Numbered from the stretch's first letter, positions 9,594-20,121 are shown. The stretch is 64,000 nucleotides of DNA from Candidatus Aegiribacteria sp. (GCA_030610085.1 JAUWSL010000001.1:2740-66739), one strand, 5' to 3'. Notes: generated from the letters alone by a model not told the origin. Translations and numbers: made by a program.

Positions 9594-12080
9594 ATGACCA
9601 AAAGGGTTGAAGGAGACCAGTTGAGCAGCAGCCAGAATAAAAAAGCGGACATCATTGATATAGAAGAAGAAATGAAACGTTCATATATGGACTATTCCAT
9701 GAGCGTCATCGTTTCAAGAGCCCTGCCGGACGTTAGAGACGGCCTTAAGCCGGTTCACAGAAGAATTCTGTATTCGATGTATGAGCAGAAACTTACACAC
9801 AAACGCGCGTACAGGAAATCAGCCACGGTTGTCGGCAATGTACTTGGAAAATACCACCCCCACGGGGACTCCGCGGTTTACGATGCCATGGTCAGAATGG
9901 CGCAGGACTTCTCTCTCCTGCACCCTCTTGTGGACGGACAGGGCAACTTCGGATCAATAGATGGTGATCCAGCCGCTGCATACAGATATACTGAAGCCAG
10001 AATGTCCAGAATAGGCTCGGAAATGCTTCGCGATATCGATAAGGAAACCGTGAATATGGTTCCTAATTTCGATGATCGGCTGAAGGAACCTTCAATACTG
10101 CCCTCTGGAATACCGAATCTTCTTGTCAACGGTTCATCGGGTATAGCTGTTGGAATGGCTACAAACATCCCGCCACACAATCTTCGCGAGATAGTAAGTG
10201 CATGCTGCAGCATCATTGAGAATCCCGACATTACAGAAGAAGAGCTGTTCAGCATAGTCAAGGGACCGGATTTTCCAACTGGCGGCATAATAACCGGTAT
10301 CAGGGGTATCAGAGATTGTTACAGGACCGGAAAGGGATCGATCCTTGTCCGCGCAAGGATCAGTATTGAAGAGGCCCCAAGGGACAGGGAAGCCATAATA
10401 GTCACGGAGATTCCGTACCAGGTGAACAAGACCAGGCTCATAGAGAGTATCGCCGAGCTGGTAAAGCAGAAAAAAATCGTCTCCATAGCAGACCTCCGCG
10501 ATGAATCCGACAGAGAAGGCATGCGAATCGTCATTGTGCTGAAGAACGATGCTCTTTCGGAAGTAGTACTTAACCAGCTTTACAAGCACACCAGCCTGGC
10601 AAAGACATTCGGGGCGAACTGCCTTGCGCTCTGCAACGGAAAGCCTCTCAGGCTTACTCTGCGAAAATTTCTGGATTACTACATAGAGCACAGGCACGAT
10701 GTTATTAATAGACGGATAACGTTCGACCTTGCAAAGGCTGAAGAAAGAACACACATTGTTGAAGGCCTGCTTAAGGCACAGGATTCGATCGAAGAAGTAA
10801 TAAGGGTCATACGGGAATCCGGCAACAGTGATGAAGCCAGATCCGCGCTTGTTGCTCAATTCGGATTCTCTGATATCCAGGCCCAGGCGATACTTGATAT
10901 GCGACTGAGAAAACTCACCGGCCTTGAAAGGGAAGAGCTGGAGAAAGAGCACAACGAACTGAAAATCCTTCTGGAAGAACTCAGAGAATTCGCGGCGGAC
11001 AGGTCAAAGAGGATGCAGATCGTTGCTGCCGAATTGGTGGGAATCGCCGAAGAATACGGCAGGGAGCGTAAAACGGAAATACTGCCCTACTCCCCCGGAG
11101 AAATAGACATCGAGGATCTTATTCCCGACGACGAGATGGTAATTACCGTATCCCGGGAGGGCTACATTAAAAGACTCTCATCGGACACGTACAAGATCCA
11201 GCACAGGGGAGGTAAAGGTATTACCGGGGCAAAGACCCGGGAAGAGGACTCCCTTGAACAGATCTTCATTTCTTCAAATCATAGTTATATCCTGTTCTTC
11301 ACCAACCAGGGAAGATGTTATTGGCTCAAGGTTTACATGATCCCTGAGGCGGGGCGCATCAGTAAAGGAAAAGCAATAGTAAATCTTCTGGACCTTGAAC
11401 CGGAGGAGAGGCCGGTTGCCAATGTCTGTGTGAAGGAATTTGACAAAGACAGATTCATACTTATGGCCACCAGCAACGGCCAGGTGAAGAAAACTACTCT
11501 TTCAAGCTACAGTCATCCGAGGAAAAATGGGATATGGGCTATCAAGCTTGATAACAACGCTGAGCTGGTCTCCGCTGCGCTTACCGACGGCAGCGGCTGG
11601 ATTTTCCTTGCCCTTGCCAGCGGAAAAGCCAATATGTTTTCCGAGAAAGAAGTCCGGCCCATGGGCAGGCACACCAGAGGAGTAAGAGGAATCAGGGTTG
11701 CTCAGAAAGACAGGCTGGTTGGCATGGTAGCTATGGAGAATCGCGGAAGCCTGCTTACGGTAACCGAAGGCGGATATGGTAAAAGGACCTCATCTGACGA
11801 GTACAGGCTTACCCACAGAGGAAGCCGCGGAGTGATAAATATCCGCAATATTGAAAGAAACGGACCGGTCATATCAGTAATGCAGGTTTCCGAAGAGGAT
11901 GAGTTGATCCTTATCTCCGCTTCTGGAATGATAATAAGGCTTCCCGTTGAACAGATCAGGGAGATGGGGCGTAATACAATGGGAGTCAGGCTGATGAATC
12001 TGCCCGAGGAAGACAGGGTTGTAGACGCGACCGCTGTACATCCAGGTGATGATAACGTGGATCAGGGAGAAACGGAATAG
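9594..12080 (+). CDS. gyrA: DNA gyrase subunit A
   Basis: The catalytic region AYRYTEARM contains the active-site Tyr. A QRDR-like [20 protein letters not shown] is present, with C-terminal beta-pinwheel repeats. The protein is 828 aa. Confidence 0.95.
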   Translation: MTKRVEGDQLSSSQNKKADIIDIEEEMKRSYMDYSMSVIVSRALPDVRDGLKPVHRRILYSMYEQKLTHKRAYRKSATVVGNVLGKYHPHGDSAVYDAMVRMAQDFSLLHPLVDGQGNFGSIDGDPAAAYRYTEARMSRIGSEMLRDIDKETVNMVPNFDDRLKEPSILPSGIPNLLVNGSSGIAVGMATNIPPHNLREIVSACCSIIENPDITEEELFSIVKGPDFPTGGIITGIRGIRDCYRTGKGSILVRARISIEEAPRDREAIIVTEIPYQVNKTRLIESIAELVKQKKIVSIADLRDESDREGMRIVIVLKNDALSEVVLNQLYKHTSLAKTFGANCLALCNGKPLRLTLRKFLDYYIEHRHDVINRRITFDLAKAEERTHIVEGLLKAQDSIEEVIRVIRESGNSDEARSALVAQFGFSDIQAQAILDMRLRKLTGLEREELEKEHNELKILLEELREFAADRSKRMQIVAAELVGIAEEYGRERKTEILPYSPGEIDIEDLIPDDEMVITVSREGYIKRLSSDTYKIQHRGGKGITGAKTREEDSLEQIFISSNHSYILFFTNQGRCYWLKVYMIPEAGRISKGKAIVNLLDLEPEERPVANVCVKEFDKDRFILMATSNGQVKKTTLSSYSHPRKNGIWAIKLDNNAELVSAALTDGSGWIFLALASGKANMFSEKEVRPMGRHTRGVRGIRVAQKDRLVGMVAMENRGSLLTVTEGGYGKRTSSDEYRLTHRGSRGVINIRNIERNGPVISVMQVSEEDELILISASGMIIRLPVEQIREMGRNTMGVRLMNLPEEDRVVDATAVHPGDDNVDQGETE

Positions 12081-12139
12081 ACGTTCAGGAAAAAGTACGG
12101 AGCATCGAAGAATGGAGCAAGGAAAATCAACTTCGCTCC

Positions 12140-15100
12140 GTGAAACCTCCCGAGGTGGGAAAGGGTTTCAGCCTTCCAGAAAAGAATCTTGATACTTCAA
12201 TTGTTTCCCCAGAAACAAGAAACAGGGTTCTGGAGATCCGTCTTTTTTCAAGTGAATGGAAAGCCGCCGGAAACGCCCTGGCGCATCTTCTTACGACGAT
12301 AAAAGACAGCGATGTAGATAAACTTCTTAAACATCTGTCTAATATGCAGACACCACCACCGATCATTGAAGACGCGGCGGTCAAGTGGTTTGCAGCCCTG
12401 ACTAACCTCCCTTCGGATGCCGTTGTTGTAGCAGTTCAGGAATTCTTCCATCTCAGCTGGGTATGGAATCAGATCGGTCCACGTACAGGACTTGTGTTTG
12501 ATGACCTTATGTCGTTGTTATACAAGGTTTTTTTTGTTCTTGCTGAAACTCCGGGAGACCTTTCTCTAGCCGAAAACCTGATTCATGAAGGCATTAGATG
12601 GCCTGAACGATTCGGTTTTATGCTAGAAAGAACGAGGATAGGCGGCGGGAATATCGTGCGGGCTCTTCAGCGCGCAGCTGAGGTAATGAAAACAGCACCC
12701 CCTGTTGTGCGGGGAACCCTTATCGATTTCGCTGTTGAGACCGGATGGTATCTTCTAACAAAAGATGACTCCCCCGTTTGGAGAGCGATTGGAAGGAACG
12801 GGGAATCTCTCTTCAGGAAAATGAGGGGATTTTCCACAAAGATAGAAACCATCCGTACTCTCTCGGGATTTCTCGGAAAGCTGGAAGAATCGGAACAGCT
12901 GCAACCGCTGCTTGAAGACGCGATGAAGAGTGTAGTCACCGATGTAGTCGGCAGCACAACTGAACAGGAAATGGAAGAGATTGTTGGCAGTATTTCCGAA
13001 CAGGCTAAAGAAACGCTTAAAAGAAGGGCTGAGAGAAATATTAACTTTGATATCATAGATCTGCCCCTCACAGAAAGCGGAACCTCGTTCAAGTACGGAA
13101 GAGCTATTGCTGAAATGTTCCTGTTCGCCGGGGCGGGCAGAGCCTTCTATAACAGTTTCCGTGAAACATATTCCATAGCAATAGAGACGGAAGATAACAA
13201 CCTGGTAATAATGATTTCCAGACTTGCCCGCGAAAGAAGCGGAACCGAGTATCTGGAGAACAGCAAAACCGAATTTTACATTGATTTCATTCCCATAGCA
13301 CTGCAGTTTCTTAAGGGGAAGACCAGTAATATAGAGATCAGGCGGGTCGTTAATTCTGTTGGAAGTCTGATGGACTCGATTCTCAGCCAGGTTGACCCTG
13401 AAGCTGCATTAGAATCCATGAACAACTATCTGGCTGAGGTTGAGATCAGCTATGACAAACTGCTGCCGACACTGATACTGCTGATCAGCTCGACCAAGAT
13501 AGTCAAGTTTCCTGACCTTATCACAAAAAGCGAGGTGTTCGTAGGTATCCTTGATCTGTTGGATGTCACCTGCAGGAAAAGACTGCTGGAAGGTGAACAG
13601 ACAGAATGGCTTACACCACTGGCAGAAGAACCCGTCGATTTAGCCCGGCTTATCATGCGCACTCTTGGTATTATAAATAGTGAAGACCTCCGTGGAAGAT
13701 TCATGGATAAGGTTATCGCACCTCTTCTGCAGGGAACGGATGCGAAGGATCCAATATTCACCGAGCTTATTTCGACCGCTGTTTCTACATATAACAGAGA
13801 AATGAGCATAGATCAGCTAAGAAAAGAAGAAACATCGCTCCTTGGGAAACTGTTCAGAGCAGAGGACAGGAGCAAGGCTCTCAAGCAGACAATGGAAAAT
13901 CTGCTCAGGATTCCGGGGATAGAGGAAAAGAAGGCCAACGACCTTATCTATTCCTCAAAAATGCTCTGCGATATCCTTTCACAGCAGGCAGTCTGGATAG
14001 AGAAAACAGGGCACAGGACATTCAGTAAATTCCTTTCCTACGGGCTTACGGCTTTCGTAAAAACCCTTGTGGAGCACCCTGATGTAGCCGAAAAAATAAC
14101 CGGTAGTTTCATGAGACATATGCTCGATACAATAATTCCTTCAAAAGAGACAGAGGACAGTAATGTGGCTCTGTGGCAGCTGAAGACTGCCGCGCTGTAC
14201 TTTGGAAAGACAATACCGCTTACGACCGAGCTTATTGCCGACAGGCCTGACACTCTAATCCCTTACTTCATCGAGATCTCTGAGCTCTGTGTTGCTTCCA
14301 AGTATGGAGAACCTGCTGGAGCTGAATTTCTGTCATGGATGTCCCACAGGCTTGAATCGGAGCTTATAAGTGAATTCGCAAGAAAGCTGAACGAGGATAC
14401 TCCGTATGCTGAATTCAAGGAACAGTTCGATGCCACAGGTCTTATGGAAAAATGGCGAAGCATAAGGGACGCATCCTCTGAAATAATTAAAGATATGGTG
14501 GAATCACTTCAGGTACTTTCCAGTAACCCCATGTACAGGCAGATACTTCTTCGCGAGGGACGCAAACTCATAGAGGGTTTTATCGAGCACGGATGCGGTG
14601 ATATCATATCCGGTTATTCGGGACAGACCTCCAGCGATGAAATACAGAAACTCAGAAAAATCGCTAAGGGCGGCGATATCATCGATATCTTCAGAGTCCT
14701 GGAGAACGACAGTGAAGAAGATTCAGCCGGGGAGATTCCCGAAGAGGTAAGAAACTATTTCCAGGAACAGTCACACCCTCCTGGTCAGAACGTGTGCAGG
14801 TATTGGCGGAAGAATGTTTTTTCCACGCTTGAAAATGTTCTGTTGGACATAATACTGCTTTGTGATGATAAAAAGAGCCTGGAAAAGATAGAACTGATGA
14901 TAGATGACTTTGTAGAAATAACAGGATATCTAGGTGCCGATGATGATTTTAAACCTGATATAATTCTTACAGCTCTTGAAAAATCTCTTTCCAGATCAGG
15001 GAGCACCGGGAAGCTTACTGTCAGCGCTGCTGTTAAGAATCTTGATAAGAATGTATACAAGCTGATGTGGCTCAGAAAAGCCACCAGAAAAGCAACACAA

Positions 15101-15730
15101 TCGGTTTCCGGCTACATCCCCGGCAGGAAGATTTCCATCAGGCTGTTTGACAGAATGTCGAGGGAAAAGTCCGCTCAGCAGCAGATACTTTTCATGAAGC
15201 ATTTTGGTAGAATCTTTGCTTCACTGGAAAGCGAGATAATGAAGAGGAAACCCAGCGAGATCAAATCGGTTAGATCAGTTCTGGAACATATCTGGATATT
15301 CAACCCCGATGCGGCAAAACCAGGATCTGTAGTTGATACCGCAAGGGATGCCGTGGAAACAGTGACTCAGTTCTTCCTTGAAATCGCGACCAGGACGGGT
15401 GAGGTAACAGCACCACAGGCGGGGGCAATAAGCCTTGGTATGAGACGTAAGTATAGAGACAACGCAAACACCGTTGCGATTCTGATCAAATGGACCCAGG
15501 ATTCGTCACGCTCAGACCTTCTTACTCTTGTGGAAGGTCATCAGCCGCTACTTGAAGCTGTCAGCAGGGACAGTGAGCTGATTCAAATGATAGATAACCT
15601 GTGGAGCATCGGTAAGGCCAGGCTGTATATAAGATCCCTTGCAGACAGGCCGGACAAACTGAAAAAACGTCTAATCCGCTTCGTTGGAGATAACGCTGCT
15701 GAAAAAAATGACGGCATACGCTACACCTAG
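12140..15730 (+). CDS. large (about 1196 aa) all-alpha-helical hypothetical protein
   Basis: It is a single uninterrupted ORF 60 nt downstream of gyrA with a GTG start. I see no transmembrane segments, no nucleotide-binding motif and no catalytic motif. The composition is helical, rich in L, E and K. Confidence 0.6.
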   Translation: MKPPEVGKGFSLPEKNLDTSIVSPETRNRVLEIRLFSSEWKAAGNALAHLLTTIKDSDVDKLLKHLSNMQTPPPIIEDAAVKWFAALTNLPSDAVVVAVQEFFHLSWVWNQIGPRTGLVFDDLMSLLYKVFFVLAETPGDLSLAENLIHEGIRWPERFGFMLERTRIGGGNIVRALQRAAEVMKTAPPVVRGTLIDFAVETGWYLLTKDDSPVWRAIGRNGESLFRKMRGFSTKIETIRTLSGFLGKLEESEQLQPLLEDAMKSVVTDVVGSTTEQEMEEIVGSISEQAKETLKRRAERNINFDIIDLPLTESGTSFKYGRAIAEMFLFAGAGRAFYNSFRETYSIAIETEDNNLVIMISRLARERSGTEYLENSKTEFYIDFIPIALQFLKGKTSNIEIRRVVNSVGSLMDSILSQVDPEAALESMNNYLAEVEISYDKLLPTLILLISSTKIVKFPDLITKSEVFVGILDLLDVTCRKRLLEGEQTEWLTPLAEEPVDLARLIMRTLGIINSEDLRGRFMDKVIAPLLQGTDAKDPIFTELISTAVSTYNREMSIDQLRKEETSLLGKLFRAEDRSKALKQTMENLLRIPGIEEKKANDLIYSSKMLCDILSQQAVWIEKTGHRTFSKFLSYGLTAFVKTLVEHPDVAEKITGSFMRHMLDTIIPSKETEDSNVALWQLKTAALYFGKTIPLTTELIADRPDTLIPYFIEISELCVASKYGEPAGAEFLSWMSHRLESELISEFARKLNEDTPYAEFKEQFDATGLMEKWRSIRDASSEIIKDMVESLQVLSSNPMYRQILLREGRKLIEGFIEHGCGDIISGYSGQTSSDEIQKLRKIAKGGDIIDIFRVLENDSEEDSAGEIPEEVRNYFQEQSHPPGQNVCRYWRKNVFSTLENVLLDIILLCDDKKSLEKIELMIDDFVEITGYLGADDDFKPDIILTALEKSLSRSGSTGKLTVSAAVKNLDKNVYKLMWLRKATRKATQSVSGYIPGRKISIRLFDRMSREKSAQQQILFMKHFGRIFASLESEIMKRKPSEIKSVRSVLEHIWIFNPDAAKPGSVVDTARDAVETVTQFFLEIATRTGEVTAPQAGAISLGMRRKYRDNANTVAILIKWTQDSSRSDLLTLVEGHQPLLEAVSRDSELIQMIDNLWSIGKARLYIRSLADRPDKLKKRLIRFVGDNAAEKNDGIRYT

Positions 15731-15751
15731 ACTGTATATCACCTGCGGAGC

Positions 15752-16762
15752 TTGTTAATGCATGCTAATCCCCAGAATGGATCCATTGCGAACATAGCTA
15801 TCGTTTCTACCGGGGGCACTATAGAAATGCTGCCGGACCGCGGAGGACTTGATATCTCAGGTCATCATGATTCCCTTCACATACAGGGAGATGTAACCCC
15901 TCCTTCAATTGATGTTGAGCATATCAGGTTCTGTAACGTTCCCAGTCCTTCGATATCACCAGAAATGATGACTCAACTCTGCCTTAAACTGGAAGAATTG
16001 ATCTCAAGCGGGAGGTACCACGGGATCGTAGTCACCCACGGAACCGATACTCTTGAGGAAAGCGCTTTCCTGGCCGACATCTATCTCAGGGGGACAATTC
16101 CAGTTGTTTTTACCGCTGCAATGAGAAGCCAGTCCGAAATGGGCGTCGATGGACCAAGAAACGTAAGGGGAGCGTTGCTGACTGCCTCAAAGTATGAAGT
16201 TCATAAATTGGGAGTTACAGTAGTTCTTAACGATGAAATTCATTCCGCAAGCAGGGTCACAAAAACGTACACAAGCAACGTAAGCAGCTTCAAATCACCG
16301 GGCTACGGCCCCCTTGGGTTTGTCGATCAGGACAGGGTAATGATTCAGCGAAAACCCATGTGGAGGATCCAGCTTCCGAAGTGCAGACTTAAACTTGATC
16401 AAAGGGTTGGACTTGTCAGAACAGCCGCGGGGCTTGGAGCCAGGGAAATAAGATACTGTGTAGACTGTGGCGATAAGGCACTGGTTGTTGAAGCCCTTGG
16501 ACGGGGAAATGTGCCGCCCGATGTCGCAGAAGCTGTCCAGTATGCTGTTGAGCGGGGAACAGTTGTGTGTGTAACAAGCAGATGTTATATCGGAAGGGTT
16601 CTGGGAGTATATAACTATCCAGGAGGTGGCGCAGACCTTGAGAGAAAGGGAGCGATTCTTGCTGGTGATATGCAGGGGCACAAGCTCAGACTTTTACTGA
16701 TGGCATCACTTGGAATAGGCCTGAACATGAAGAATATCAGGAAATTACTGGAAAGACTGTAA
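15752..16762 (+). CDS. ansA: L-asparaginase, type I-like
   Basis: The N-terminal motif IVSTGGTIEM carries the active-site Thr. The second motif HGTDTLEESAF is present. The protein is 336 aa. Confidence 0.85.
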   Translation: MLMHANPQNGSIANIAIVSTGGTIEMLPDRGGLDISGHHDSLHIQGDVTPPSIDVEHIRFCNVPSPSISPEMMTQLCLKLEELISSGRYHGIVVTHGTDTLEESAFLADIYLRGTIPVVFTAAMRSQSEMGVDGPRNVRGALLTASKYEVHKLGVTVVLNDEIHSASRVTKTYTSNVSSFKSPGYGPLGFVDQDRVMIQRKPMWRIQLPKCRLKLDQRVGLVRTAAGLGAREIRYCVDCGDKALVVEALGRGNVPPDVAEAVQYAVERGTVVCVTSRCYIGRVLGVYNYPGGGADLERKGAILAGDMQGHKLRLLLMASLGIGLNMKNIRKLLERL

Positions 16763-16838
16763 CGAGCCTTAGTTTGTTGACAAGTAAGAACCCTTTGTCG
16801 TAGTTTACCGCATGCGGAATAAGAAAAGGCAGGTGTAA

Positions 16839-17189
16839 ATGCCTGAAAAGGGTTTCACGGCGACGTTTATCTCCAACACAGGTAAAACGCTTCACCAGTT
16901 CAATATAGTAGGATGGAAGCTATATCTGGCAAGGGTTCTAATGGCACTTGTAGTGTTGCTTTTGTCGTCAGCTGCAATAATCGTAGCGTACGGCCTGATT
17001 AATGCAGGTGATACTGCAAAACTGAGAAGTGATATATTGCATCTGCAGGATTCACTTGCCGCAAGAAGGAATATTGAAGACAGGGTGGAAAGTTTGGAAT
17101 ATGAAATCCAGCAACGGCACGAATACAGGCAGAAGCTGGAGAACATTGCTGCAGGAATCCCCGTACCGGAGGATTCCCTTGAGCAATAG
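16839..17189 (+). CDS. membrane-anchored coiled-coil protein resembling only the N-terminal part of M23/LytM peptidases
   Basis: The N-terminus KGFTATFISNTGKTLHQFNIVGWKLYLARVL matches the conserved leader of bactofilin-associated M23 peptidases. One TM and a coiled coil follow, then a stop after 116 aa. There is no catalytic domain. Confidence 0.45.
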   Translation: MPEKGFTATFISNTGKTLHQFNIVGWKLYLARVLMALVVLLLSSAAIIVAYGLINAGDTAKLRSDILHLQDSLAARRNIEDRVESLEYEIQQRHEYRQKLENIAAGIPVPEDSLEQ

Positions 17190-17212
17190 TGGAAAAGAGG
17201 AAATAAAAGAAC

Positions 17213-17569
17213 ATGTCTAAAAAGGAATTGTCCTCAACGATAGACTCCATTCTTGGTTCCGGGAGTCTGTGCAAGGGCGCCATCAAAGTAGACGGCGGCC
17301 TTAGAATTGATGGTACCGTGGACGGAGAGGTTGTTGTTACCGGAACACTGACTGTTGGCCGTGAAGGAGTAATAACCGGAAACGTGACCGTAAGCCAGGC
17401 TGTTGTAGGCGGCAAGATCCAGGGTACCGTCAGGGCCGAGTATCATCTTGAGCTGCAGAGTGGATCAAGCGTTGAAGGTGACATTTTCACGCGGTCCCTC
17501 ATTATAGAGGACGGAGTTTTCTTCGAGGGATCATGCAAGATGAGCCATGGTAACAATTCGGAAGCTTGA
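17213..17569 (+). CDS. bactofilin (polymer-forming cytoskeletal protein, CcmA-like)
   Basis: Repetitive beta-helical DUF583 segments are present (KVDGGLRIDGTVDGEVVVTGTLTVGREGVITGNVTVSQAVVGGKIQGTVRA…). The protein is 118 aa. Confidence 0.85.
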   Translation: MSKKELSSTIDSILGSGSLCKGAIKVDGGLRIDGTVDGEVVVTGTLTVGREGVITGNVTVSQAVVGGKIQGTVRAEYHLELQSGSSVEGDIFTRSLIIEDGVFFEGSCKMSHGNNSEA

Positions 17570-17690
17570 TGTGGAAATTGTGGAAAAGTATTGAAAAATG
17601 TGGATAATTCTGTAATATGCTGATATACAATAATTTATAAAATCACTTAAAGTAGTTTCATAAGTAATATCCACAACAGACTCTGTTATG
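17570..17690. promoter_or_regulatory. cluster of four DnaA-box-like 9-mers plus an AT-rich tract, overlapping a sigma70-like promoter; candidate DnaA-regulated promoter, a second DnaA-binding locus, or even oriC
   Basis: The boxes are TGTGGAAAT at 17570-17578, TGTGGAAAA at 17579-17587 (tandem and abutting), a perfect TGTGGATAA at 17599-17607 and ATATCCACA at 17667-17675. A -35 TTGAAA lies at 17591-17596, then a 16-nt spacer containing the perfect box, then a -10 TAATAT at 17613-17618. An AT-rich tract lies at 17620-17666. Confidence 0.5.
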
Positions 17691-17773
17691 GAGGTATAGC
17701 ACAAATCGGGAGATCTAACTCCCATTACGATACTCTGTGCTGCACCTGCGATTCATTCGAAAGGCTGGTTTTA

Positions 17774-18094
17774 ATGTCAAAGCTGGGAGAACTTCACAGG
17801 GAAGAAGAAAAAGCTCAGCTGGAGCTGGAAAAAGCCGAGAAGGAAGCCCTCAGGATACAAATGTCCATACCTGAACAGCTGAACGAGCAGAATTTTGAAA
17901 GAGACGCCGGGCTGAAGAAAATCGCGCAACTTGCCGAGGCAGAAGTCGAGGAAATAATAGCCGCGCTGTCAGAAACCCTTGCCATCGAAACGACGGATAA
18001 GCTCGGGCAGCTAGCCGGGAAAACAGACATCCTTGAGAAAGCAGCGACAGAAAGTCTCCGGGAATATATCCTGAGAAGCGGGGGCCAGGGTTAA
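17774..18094 (+). CDS. V/A-type ATPase small coiled-coil subunit (H/G-like)
   Basis: It is a 106-aa charged coiled coil (EEEKAQLELEKAEKEALRIQ…). It is the first gene of the operon and its stop overlaps the start of subunit I (TAATG). Confidence 0.55.
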   Translation: MSKLGELHREEEKAQLELEKAEKEALRIQMSIPEQLNEQNFERDAGLKKIAQLAEAEVEEIIAALSETLAIETTDKLGQLAGKTDILEKAATESLREYILRSGGQG

Positions 18095-20121
18095 TGAGTC
18101 TGGATGCAGTTTCCAAGATAGAAATTCTATGTCATTCGCTCAGAAGGGAAATGGTTCTCAATACCATTGAATCATCCGGCAAAGTTCAGCTGATCGATCT
18201 GTCTGAATTGGATATATCTGAGGAGGAAAGCTTCCTCAAGCCAGCAAGTATGAATACCGAAGAGCTGGTTGAGAAAATTTCCAGTCTTGAAAAAGCGATA
18301 CTTTTTCTTCGGGAGGAAACCACCGGTGAAGTTGACGTTTCACGTTCTCAACCCCCTTCTGTAAAAGAAGAAGAACTTATGCTCCTCCTTGCAGACAGGC
18401 GATTGCTTGAGGACGCCCGAAGAGCCTGGTTCGTAGCTGTACAAAAAGCCAAGCTCGAGGGAGCGGAGAAGGAGCTTCTGCAGGAGGAGGAATTTCTGCT
18501 GTTCTGGCAGCAACTTCCAGTTACATTTGAGGAGCTGCGCAGAAAAGGTGCCTGCCGTATGGTTGCGGGTGTGCTTGAAAAGGACGCTATCGAAAAAGCG
18601 CATCTTCTTGAGGAAGATATTCCGCTGTTCCACATAGAGGTTCTTCATAAAGAAAAAAATACGGAGAATGTTGTTGTGGTCACTCACGAATCGGTTACCC
18701 GTGACGTAATGCAGGCTCTGGGAGAGATAGGATTCTCACAGCAGGATTTTGGTATGCGAACAGGCATGGTTCCCGAACAGCTTGAAGAGGTTCGTCGGGA
18801 AATAGAGCTGATTCGAAGAAGAATGTCAGCGCTTCATAACAGAGCTGTAAAACTCGCATCTGAAATGGGCAGGTTCCGCACCCTTCTGGATGCAGCAGGC
18901 CTTCTTCTTGAGCGAACGCTCGCAACAAGATCCGCTTACTCAAGCTCCAATATTTATCTGTTCAAAGCGTGGATCCGCACAGCTGACCTTGAGGATTTTA
19001 CAGAAATCCTCAATCAACTGGGGGAAGTTTCGATTGAAGAAATAGAACCGGAAGAGGGAGAAATACCTCCTTCTCCGCTGACGGAAAAGGCTGCCGCTGC
19101 ACCATACACCCTTCTTACCGACATGTACGGACAGCCAACAAGAAAAGACCCGGATCCGACACCTTTGGTGGCACCATTTTATGCTTTCTTCTTTGGAATA
19201 TGCATAGGGGATGCGGGTTACGGGATAGCGCTTGCGCTGGGCTGCGCTGCTGGATGGTATCTGGTCCGAAGAAGACACGGAAATCCGAGGCTGTTTCAGC
19301 TGCTTTTCCAGGGCGGATTAGCAAGTATTGTAGTTGGTATTTTCCTTGGAGGCTGGTTCGGTATATCATTTGACAGCCTGCCGGGGTTCCTTCAGGCGCC
19401 AGCTAACCTTCTGAACGGCATGCTTCCGGGGTATCAGCCGGGACAGCCTGGACAGGAAGGGTTCGGAGTATCGAAGCATTTCCTTTACCTTACACTGGGG
19501 CTGGGACTTGTGCAGCTGACTGCTGGAATAATAGTAAACCTGGTAAAACGGTGGAAAGCAGGTGAAAAATTCGCAGCGGTTGTTGATCAGTCCGGCTGGC
19601 TGCTTGCCACCGCGGGTCTTTTCCCATGGCTTTTTAACAATTACCTCCTGAATGGAACCCTTTACGACATGAACGGTCCACTGGATAAAATTTTCATCTA
19701 CATGCTTGCGGCGGGTGCTCTACTGATATTCATCATGGGCGGGCGCGCTGCAAAGGGATTCGGTAAGATAGGCCTTGGAGCTTATGCGTTGTACGGTATA
19801 GTCAACCTTCTTGGAGACGTACTTTCATATTCAAGACTTTTCGCCCTTGCTCTCTCCAGTGCCATAATAGCACAGGTTATCAACCAGATAGCAGGAATGC
19901 TTCTGCATCAGATAGGAATACCTGTACTTGGAATAGTGCTTGCGGTCATCGTGGTTATTGGAGGGCATACATTCAACATGGCCATGGCCGCCCTCAGCGG
20001 TTTCATCCATACAGCAAGACTGCAATTTGTTGAGTTCTTCGGGAAATTCTACGACGGAACCGGTGTTCCGTTCAAACCCCTTAGATACGAACCGAAATAT
20101 GTACATATTGAAAGAAAATAG
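18094..20121 (+). CDS. atpI: V/A-type ATPase subunit I (membrane a-subunit)
   Basis: The 675-aa protein has an N-terminal cytoplasmic coiled-coil domain and a C-terminal multi-TM domain with a conserved Arg region (…SYSRLFALALSSAII…). Its operon position is typical. Confidence 0.85.
   Translation: MSLDAVSKIEILCHSLRREMVLNTIESSGKVQLIDLSELDISEEESFLKPASMNTEELVEKISSLEKAILFLREETTGEVDVSRSQPPSVKEEELMLLLADRRLLEDARRAWFVAVQKAKLEGAEKELLQEEEFLLFWQQLPVTFEELRRKGACRMVAGVLEKDAIEKAHLLEEDIPLFHIEVLHKEKNTENVVVVTHESVTRDVMQALGEIGFSQQDFGMRTGMVPEQLEEVRREIELIRRRMSALHNRAVKLASEMGRFRTLLDAAGLLLERTLATRSAYSSSNIYLFKAWIRTADLEDFTEILNQLGEVSIEEIEPEEGEIPPSPLTEKAAAAPYTLLTDMYGQPTRKDPDPTPLVAPFYAFFFGICIGDAGYGIALALGCAAGWYLVRRRHGNPRLFQLLFQGGLASIVVGIFLGGWFGISFDSLPGFLQAPANLLNGMLPGYQPGQPGQEGFGVSKHFLYLTLGLGLVQLTAGIIVNLVKRWKAGEKFAAVVDQSGWLLATAGLFPWLFNNYLLNGTLYDMNGPLDKIFIYMLAAGALLIFIMGGRAAKGFGKIGLGAYALYGIVNLLGDVLSYSRLFALALSSAIIAQVINQIAGMLLHQIGIPVLGIVLAVIVVIGGHTFNMAMAALSGFIHTARLQFVEFFGKFYDGTGVPFKPLRYEPKYVHIERK

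Noticed and set aside
10134-10952. 272-aa minus-strand ORF inside gyrA
   Set aside because: It is antisense to the conserved gyrA catalytic domain.
12099-12139. Possible hairpin after gyrA (CGGAGC…GCTCCG)
   Set aside because: The stem is only 6 bp with a roughly 29-nt loop and no U-tract, so it is not a credible intrinsic terminator. gyrA is probably co-transcribed with the downstream large ORF.
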